From a virus, in the IMG/VR virus record IMGVR_UViG_3300045988_079213, positions 1-29,698 of that record: DNA of 29,698 nt. One strand, 5' to 3'. The position numbers and the translations under genes were made by a program. A model generated the notes under the pieces. That model saw only the letters and a program-made list of their open reading frames with translations, was not told where the DNA came from and did no database searches. Positions 25,284-29,698 of the stretch are shown in pieces. The stretch's first letter is position 1. The number at the start of each line of letters is the position of its first letter.

Positions 25284-25364
25284 AGTTTCTTATATTGTAC
25301 GATGGTAGATCTTTTGTACTTTTGAATTGATTATAAATCTTCGCATGCTATTCGGGAGGTGCGT

Positions 25365-26432
25365 ATGCCAAAAAAATATAAGTTTGAAAAATACTTTAAA
25401 ATAGATGGCGTGCGATATGTGGTTCGTGCTGATTCGGAATTTGAGTTGATTCAAAAATATACAAATAAGGTTCGTGACATTGAGGAGGGTAAAATAGTTC
25501 TTGCTGGTTCTACCACCGTTGAGGATTGGACTATGCAAGCGATTAAAGTTTACAAAACAAGGCAATCAGACTTAACTCAAAGAAAATATATAAGCAAAGT
25601 TAAATCTTGCATACTTGCTCAAATTGGAAAGATGCAGCTTAAAGCAGTTAAGCCTCTTCACTGTCAAAACACATTAAATCTTCAGGCTGGCAAATCCAAG
25701 GCGCAAATCAATGAAGTTTATCAGGCGTTAAACTTTATTTTTTCTAAAGCCGTTGAAAATCACCTCATTGTTGATAATCCAGCAAAGTATATTGTTAAGC
25801 CTCAAGGGACTAAAACACATCGCCGAGCAATCACGGAAATTGAAGAGCTTTATATTAGAGATGTTGCTAAAACCGATAGACGATATTATTTATATCTCTT
25901 AATGCTTGATTGCGGATGTCGTCCATCCGAAGCAGCAGAGTGTAAAGGTATGGATATATTGCTTAAAGACGACATCCCTTTGCTGCATATTCGCGGGACG
26001 AAATCGGTTAATGCTGATAGAACAGTTCCAATTCCGCACGATTTATATGAATTGATAAAGCATACGCCGCCTTTTGAATACATCGCATGCTACAGTTCCG
26101 GAACTGCTATAAAGTATGAAAATCGTAATCGTGTATGGACATCTTTTAAAAGACGACTAAACATCGCGATGGGCTGCAAGATGTATCGCAATCAGCTCAT
26201 ACCGCCTTACCTTGTCGCTCCCGATTTAGTGCCGTATTGCTTCAGACATACATATTGCACCAATCTTGCGCGAAAGGGAATTGACATCAGAATGGCTCAA
26301 AAGCTCATGGGCCACTCTGATATATCTCTTACAGCTAACATTTATACAAATCTTGACGAAAGCGATGTACTTGATGTAGCGAAGATATTAAATCAATCAA
26401 CGGCAAATAATAAAATTTCTAAACTACCATGA
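25365..26432 (+). CDS. int: Tyrosine recombinase / phage integrase
   Basis: 355 aa from the ATG at 25365 (RBS GGGAGG); the track start at 25359 is a GTG. Catalytic pattern is R (CGCRPSEA) ... HIRGTKS ... FRHTY ... GHSDISLTANIYTNL. Confidence 0.9.
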   Translation: MPKKYKFEKYFKIDGVRYVVRADSEFELIQKYTNKVRDIEEGKIVLAGSTTVEDWTMQAIKVYKTRQSDLTQRKYISKVKSCILAQIGKMQLKAVKPLHCQNTLNLQAGKSKAQINEVYQALNFIFSKAVENHLIVDNPAKYIVKPQGTKTHRRAITEIEELYIRDVAKTDRRYYLYLLMLDCGCRPSEAAECKGMDILLKDDIPLLHIRGTKSVNADRTVPIPHDLYELIKHTPPFEYIACYSSGTAIKYENRNRVWTSFKRRLNIAMGCKMYRNQLIPPYLVAPDLVPYCFRHTYCTNLARKGIDIRMAQKLMGHSDISLTANIYTNLDESDVLDVAKILNQSTANNKISKLP

Positions 26433-26449
26433 TTTATGGTAGTTTTTTT
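26424..26449 (+). terminator. Integrase terminator
   Basis: CTACCAT-gattt-ATGGTAG followed by T7. The stem overlaps the stop codon. Confidence 0.75.
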
Positions 26450-26454
26450 GTTAA

Positions 26455-26580
26455 GGTGTTGCACAGGGTGTTGCACGCAAGAGGGCAATTTAGGGCAATA
26501 TAAGGCAATGCATGTTTTAAAAATCCATTGATTTTGAAAACAAAAAGAGCCCTGCATTGCCTGAAAATCAAGCAATTGCA
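26455..26580. repeat. attP arm-type repeat cluster
   Basis: GGTGTTGCAC occurs twice (26455, 26467). RGGCAAT occurs three times at 10-bp phasing (26483, 26493, 26503). An inverted ATTGCC is at 26556 and GCAATTGC at 26572. Confidence 0.55.
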
Positions 26581-26593
26581 AGACTTTTTCTTT

Positions 26594-26642
26594 TGGAGCT
26601 CCCGAGCGGACTCGAACCGCTGACCCGCGCATTACGAATGCG
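26594..26642 (-). other. attP core: 3' half of tRNA-Thr(CGU), from the anticodon arm through CCA
   Basis: Minus strand reads cgca-ttCGTaa-tgcgc gggtc agcgg-ttcgagt-ccgct cgggagc t cca. The expected 5' half (D arm, acceptor 5' strand) is absent upstream. Confidence 0.75.
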
Positions 26643-26723
26643 AGAAAAAACGGCTAAAATTCAACCTTTATCCTATGTGGTGTGCCTTTAGGTGTGTATA
26701 TAGTCGGTATGTTTAACCCCCTA

Positions 26724-27248
26724 TTATCTGTACTTCTCCCATTCCTTAGCTTCTTCGATTTCTTCGTCATAGATAAACCTATATCCGTTGTAGTAATGAC
26801 GACACCCATAAAATGAAAGAATTCTGTCAGTACCTGCCGTTGTATCCTCTGTGTGATTGGGGTATAACCACTTTAATTGTTCAGTGATATATTCAATCAA
26901 CTTGTCTTGATTTATTTCAATTGGTTCAAAGCTATCTATTCTGATAAGAGGTTCGCCGTCTCTACCTTCTCCGACTTTGTCGCCTACTAACAAATACGCC
27001 TGTTTATCGACTCGACACGCTAACGACCTGAGTAAGTCAATAGTATTGCAAAAAGGCAAACCGTTCACAAACTCAAATGCAGATACTCCGCTTTCAAAGC
27101 AATGCTCAGGGATTGACTCGTAAGCGTCATTGACTCCGTAAGCCCTTAGGCACCAACTGAAATACTCGTTATCATCTGACGATAGCTTTATGAAATTAAT
27201 GCTTTTGCCATTTGGAGGAATTGCACCGAATCGAATTGCTTTTATCAT
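26724..27248 (-). CDS. 174-aa protein of unknown function, translationally coupled to the upstream RHH gene
   Basis: ATGA overlap with the RHH gene (27245-27248). I recognise no family. Confidence 0.6.
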   Translation of the reverse strand: MIKAIRFGAIPPNGKSINFIKLSSDDNEYFSWCLRAYGVNDAYESIPEHCFESGVSAFEFVNGLPFCNTIDLLRSLACRVDKQAYLLVGDKVGEGRDGEPLIRIDSFEPIEINQDKLIEYITEQLKWLYPNHTEDTTAGTDRILSFYGCRHYYNGYRFIYDEEIEEAKEWEKYR

Positions 27249-27427
27249 CTTTTACCTTTCTCTTTATTTTTTTCAAGCTCCTTTTTCAACAAAGAAACTC
27301 CTCTTAATACAGCCTCTATTTTTGATATTGAAAGTTGTTCCATGCAATATTCTATGTCGTCCATTTCTGACTTTGCAATTCTCAAAGAGAGCCTCCTATC
27401 TCTTGGGTTGGTTGTAGGTCTGCCCAT
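27245..27427 (-). CDS. Ribbon-helix-helix (CopG/MetJ-type) DNA-binding protein
   Basis: 60 aa from the ATG at 27427 (the track start at 27475 is a TTG). GRPTTNPRDRRLSLRIAKSEMDDIEYCMEQLSISKIEAVLRGV fits the RHH beta-alpha-alpha pattern. The RBS is weak. Confidence 0.55.
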   Translation of the reverse strand: MGRPTTNPRDRRLSLRIAKSEMDDIEYCMEQLSISKIEAVLRGVSLLKKELEKNKEKGKR

Positions 27428-27548
27428 TTTCTTATTTTTGATAAAGCACCTCTTTTCTTTTCTTGCCTTTTTCAATCCAATGTGCTATATTGAAATTGGA
27501 TAAGGTGTACGGGCAAGTCGCACACCTTGAGATTTTGAGAAGATTTGA

Positions 27549-27668
27549 TTATTTTATCAAGTCTTCTATTTTTTTAATCGTTTCAGGCTTTACATTGTCA
27601 TCTTCTAATATCTGAATAATCATTTTTAGTACTACCTGAAATTGTTCGTTCGTCATTCCTTGTTCCAT
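27549..27668 (-). CDS. 39-aa acidic micro-protein, first gene of the RHH operon
   Basis: Hand translation gives MEQGMTNEQFQVVLKMIIQILEDDNVKPETIKKIEDLIK. RBS GAAAGGAG. Confidence 0.4.
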   Translation of the reverse strand: MEQGMTNEQFQVVLKMIIQILEDDNVKPETIKKIEDLIK

Positions 27669-27725
27669 TTTTTCTCCTTTCTGGCACTTGCCACCTTATT
27701 TATCAAGTGTTCCTTGACTATATAT

Positions 27726-27822
27726 AATATAACATATGGCTACCCAAAAGTCAATACTTTTTTAAAAATTTTTTATAAAATTTTAACTTAACTTGACAGC
27801 ATCATATACAAAATGGTAATTT
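27726..27822. promoter_or_regulatory. Divergent promoters of the accessory island
   Basis: Minus strand: TTGACT (27749-27754), 17 nt, TATATT (27726-27731). Plus strand: TTGACA (27793-27798), 18 nt, TGgTAATTT (27814-27822). Confidence 0.5.
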
Positions 27823-27859
27823 GTATTCAAATAACATTTTATTAGAATAGGAGTAGGAT

Positions 27860-28135
27860 ATGGCAAATATAAGACTGGATATTGATGCAGCTATTGCATC
27901 CGGCAAAGATTTTGCTAAAAATCTTGATAAACAGCACTTTGAAAAGCTTAAAAAATTTCTAATTGATAACAACATTTTCGAAGACGATGAATTTATAAGC
28001 GGAATATGTGAAATCGGACTATCCGGGAAAGTAGATGTAAGCTTTTTAACTCACTTGCTTGAGTTAAAATCTTATGATCGCACAAAATTAATCCAAGGTT
28101 TTGTGCTTGGAATAACAGATACTTTCGAAGAATAA
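27860..28135 (+). CDS. 91-aa acidic protein, unknown function
   Basis: RBS AGGAG with its own promoter, followed by a strong terminator. Confidence 0.6.
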   Translation: MANIRLDIDAAIASGKDFAKNLDKQHFEKLKKFLIDNNIFEDDEFISGICEIGLSGKVDVSFLTHLLELKSYDRTKLIQGFVLGITDTFEE

Positions 28136-28136
28136 A

Positions 28137-28163
28137 AAGAGGCTATACAGCCTCTTTTCTTTT
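28137..28163. terminator. Bidirectional rho-independent terminator
   Basis: AAGAGGCT-atac-AGCCTCTT (8-bp stem). T-rich tracts follow on both strands. Confidence 0.8.
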
Positions 28164-28395
28164 GATTATACAAGATACACTTTAAATTCCAATTTGGATA
28201 TATTCAACTAATATAGTATCTTTTATTATAACTCTTTTTTTGATTAAACAAGGTACACTTTAAATTCCAATTTGGATATATTCAACTAATATAGTATCTT
28301 TATTATAACTCTTTTCTTGATTATACAAGACATACTTTAAATTCCAATTTGGGTATGTTCGATGAAATATATTATACTCTCATTATAATATATTT
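28162..28395. repeat. Three tandem direct repeats (77-78 bp), each with the palindrome TCCAATTTGGA
   Basis: Units start at 28162, 28240 and 28317. Units 1 and 2 differ by 2 substitutions and 1 indel. Unit 3 is conserved for about 40 bp and then diverges. Palindromes are at 28188-28198, 28266-28276 and 28343-28353 (the last is degenerate). Confidence 0.9.
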
Positions 28396-28640
28396 GGACT
28401 GTCTGTCAATCTTTTCTTTATGAGTCTTTCAAGAAGTCAATGAGCATTTATCTTTAGAGATGATATATCGTACTATATTACATACGCAATTCTTTATCTG
28501 CACATGAAAAATATTTTTTTACGATTTCAACCGCCAGCTCTCTGTCTGGTCCGTTTGTATTTGAAGTTATTGTGTGTCCAGCATCAAACATATTACATTC
28601 TACAACTTTATATGTTATTTTATTTATAGTCACATTGTGC

Positions 28641-28964
28641 TCATAAACTAACATTTTTTATTAAATTAAACTGTATTATTCCATCATAATATTTCTTTTT
28701 AGCTTCTAATATTGCATTTGCCTGATTTTCTTTGATACTTCTATGTTCCTCTTTTGTTAATGTCCAATATACTTGTTTGTTCATATATTCGAACGCAATG
28801 ACATGGATCCATTCCCCATTATTTTTAACACAGTTTGTTTCTGCACGAAGTTCTTCACCATTATTTATTTTTACAGTCATAGAATTTTTATACGCATTGT
28901 ACAGAAGTTCTATTGTTCTTGAATTTCTTTCTGCCTCAAATATTTTTTTACTTTCAAGTTTCAT
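28641..28964 (-). CDS. 107-aa protein of unknown function under promoter-operator copy B
   Basis: RBS AAAGAGGT. Its 5' UTR and first two codons are shared with the 29366-29593 gene. Confidence 0.65.
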   Translation of the reverse strand: MKLESKKIFEAERNSRTIELLYNAYKNSMTVKINNGEELRAETNCVKNNGEWIHVIAFEYMNKQVYWTLTKEEHRSIKENQANAILEAKKKYYDGIIQFNLIKNVSL

Positions 28965-29006
28965 TTTTTACCTCTTTTCGTTTGCTTTGTTTTATCTTAT
29001 GTCTAT

Positions 29007-29061
29007 ATTATGCACTCATTGAGTGCATTTGTCAAGTGTTTTTTATAAACTTTTTTTATCT
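29007..29061 (-). promoter_or_regulatory. Promoter-operator module copy B
   Basis: TTGACA (29031-29036), 17 nt, CATAAT (29008-29013). The 19-bp palindrome is at 29011-29029. It is an exact 69-bp match to the copy at the window end. Confidence 0.65.
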
Positions 29062-29228
29062 TTTTTGCAATCTGCATCTACTTTAAACTCTAACAGATCT
29101 AATATATATTTTGCCGGCTTGCGACTTCCCTCTTCCCAATTTTGCAAAGTCCTACGTGACATTCCATATTTTTCTGAAAACCGTGCTTGGCTTAATCCAG
29201 TTCGCTTTCTAAGTTCTTTTATATCCAT
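29043..29228 (-). CDS. 61-aa XRE-family HTH regulator (Aca-like / HigA-NadS-like)
   Basis: LRKRTGLSQARFSEKYGMSRRTLQNWEEGSRKP is a classic XRE HTH. RBS AAGGGGG. The 3' end overlaps promoter copy B. Confidence 0.75.
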   Translation of the reverse strand: MDIKELRKRTGLSQARFSEKYGMSRRTLQNWEEGSRKPAKYILDLLEFKVDADCKKDKKSL

Positions 29229-29272
29229 TCTGCCCCCTTGATTTTGTTTTGTTTTTATTTTATAATCTACAA

Positions 29273-29341
29273 AGCCTCAAAAAATAGGCTTTGTTTTGTT
29301 TTAACCGCCCTCTTGATCCTTTCGGATGAGGGCGGTTTTTC
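29273..29341 (+). ncRNA. Candidate antisense small RNA (about 70 nt)
   Basis: Plus-strand promoter TTGATT (29238-29243), 17 nt, TATAAT (29261-29266). Hairpin 1 is ACAAAGCCT/AGGCTTTGT (29269-29294). Hairpin 2 is ACCGCCCTC/GAGGGCGGT (29304-29336) followed by T5. Both hairpins have U-tails only on the plus strand. Confidence 0.45.
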
Positions 29342-29365
29342 TGATTTACCTATATTATTTTTTTA

Positions 29366-29593
29366 TTATTTATCTTCGATTTCGATTTCGATTTCGTTTT
29401 CAATTGTCGCACCGTGTTCTAACGCATATGCTATAGTTTCATCTGTCCAATAATCCTCGGTAATTTCTACATCTTCCATAAATTTTGCATTTCTTACCAA
29501 TACTGTTTTCCCATCAATGAGAAATTCAAGGTCACAAGTATCATTAAAATCATTGTAGTAACTTCCCATCAAATTTGCTTCTGTAAATTTCAT
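29366..29593 (-). CDS. 75-aa highly acidic protein (candidate DNA-mimic / anti-defence)
   Basis: About 20 D/E against 5 K/R. RBS AAAGAGGT. First gene downstream of promoter-operator copy A. The C-terminus is NEIEIEIEDK. Confidence 0.65.
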   Translation of the reverse strand: MKFTEANLMGSYYNDFNDTCDLEFLIDGKTVLVRNAKFMEDVEITEDYWTDETIAYALEHGATIENEIEIEIEDK

Positions 29594-29643
29594 TTTTTTA
29601 CCTCTTTCTTTTTTTTGCTTTTGCTTTGCTTTATCTTATGTCT

Positions 29644-29698
29644 ATATTATGCACTCATTGAGTGCATTTGTCAAGTGTTTTTTATAAACTTTTTTTAT
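29644..29698 (-). promoter_or_regulatory. Promoter-operator module copy A (identical to 1-55)
   Basis: TTGACA (29669-29674), 17 nt, CATAAT (29646-29651). The palindrome is at 29649-29667. Confidence 0.65.

Larger units (their letters stand above)
1..29698. mobile_element. Complete temperate siphovirus-type phage genome (HK97-fold head, HNH/cos packaging, tyrosine integrase), apparently a circularly closed contig
   Basis: Uninterrupted phage gene order: packaging, head, tail, lysis, early genes, CI/Cro switch, integrase, attP-like tRNA fragment. No recognisable host housekeeping genes. Positions 1-55 are identical to 29644-29698. Confidence 0.8.

Noticed and set aside
25290-25565. 91-aa minus-strand ORF
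   Set aside because: It is antisense to the 5' end of the well-supported integrase gene, has no RBS and has low-complexity composition.
26393-26632. 79-aa minus-strand ORF
   Set aside because: It spans the integrase terminator, the arm-type repeats and the tRNA fragment, and has no RBS. It is a non-coding att region.
26594-26642. Functional tRNA gene
   Set aside because: Only the anticodon arm, variable loop, T arm, 3' acceptor strand and CCA are present. The upstream sequence cannot form a D arm or the 5' acceptor strand. Interpreted as the attP core.
28162-28395. Possible CRISPR array
   Set aside because: The whole 77-78-bp unit is repeated, so there are no unique spacers between short repeats. 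There are only three units and no cas genes or leader in the window.
28137-28395. Type III toxin-antitoxin (ToxI-like repeat array, terminator, toxin)
   Set aside because: The repeat-plus-terminator layout resembles ToxIN. But no ToxN/AbiQ-like ORF follows the terminator in either orientation: the only neighbour is a convergent 91-aa gene, and the other side is non-coding.
27245-28395. Plasmid-type partition system (RHH centromere-binding protein plus repeat centromere)
   Set aside because: No ParA (Walker) or ParM (actin-like) NTPase is present. GAIPPNGKS in the 174-aa protein has the wrong spacing for a Walker A motif. It is kept only as one alternative for the repeat array.
28478-28591. 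37-aa minus-strand ORF in the 240-bp gap downstream of the 107-aa gene
   Set aside because: It has no RBS and no recognisable motif. It may be a gene remnant, and I left the interval as non-coding.
29378-29397. Hexanucleotide microsatellite (cgattt x3) as a contingency locus
   Set aside because: The unit length is a multiple of three and encodes EIEIEIE. Copy-number change would not shift the frame. It is probably just a low-complexity acidic tail.
29238-29453. 71-aa plus-strand ORF
   Set aside because: It has a non-ATG start and no RBS. It runs through two hairpin/terminator structures and antisense into the acidic-protein gene. The region is better explained by the sRNA candidate.

Overview
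The window is essentially one complete temperate siphovirus-type phage genome of about 29.64 kb. The host looks like a low-GC Gram-positive bacterium (AGGAGG-type RBSs, Clostridia-like gene families). All family assignments come from motif recognition by eye; no database search was run.

Layout:
- 90-15910 (minus): late operon. Order is terS, terL, portal, prohead protease, HK97-type capsid, connectors, major tail, frameshifted chaperones, tape measure, Dit/Tal, receptor-binding proteins, holin, GH25 endolysin.
- About 15.9-16.9 kb: GC-rich cos candidate, HNH endonuclease and an ArpU/RinA-like late activator.
- 16.9-22.8 kb (minus): early operon. It carries an HUH rolling-circle Rep, a MazG-like protein, a Zn-ribbon-DUF4406 fusion, several small Cys-rich proteins, an MT-A70 adenine methyltransferase interrupted at a G8 tract, a truncated C5-cytosine methyltransferase, a membrane-anchored lytic transglycosylase, a Xis-like HTH and Cro.
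- 22.8-26.7 kb (plus): lysogeny module. It carries a divergent CI/Cro switch with TCCAA-NN-TTGGA operators, ImmA-like peptidase, a DUF4177-like protein, an AbiD/F-type Abi protein, a tyrosine integrase, and an attP-like region containing only the 3' half of a tRNA-Thr(CGU).
- 26.7-29.7 kb: accessory island of small unknown genes.

The first 55 nt equal the last 55 nt. With the intact attP, this argues for a circular (non-integrated) genome.

The most interesting unexplained content is in the accessory island:
1. A duplicated strong promoter with a perfect 19-bp palindromic operator. It drives a very acidic 75-aa protein, a 61-aa HTH and a 107-aa protein, an acr-aca-like anti-defence architecture.
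2. An antisense sRNA candidate inside that operon.
3. Three tandem 77-78-bp repeats that each carry a shortened version of the immunity operator.
4. An RHH plus 174-aa coupled gene pair next to attP.
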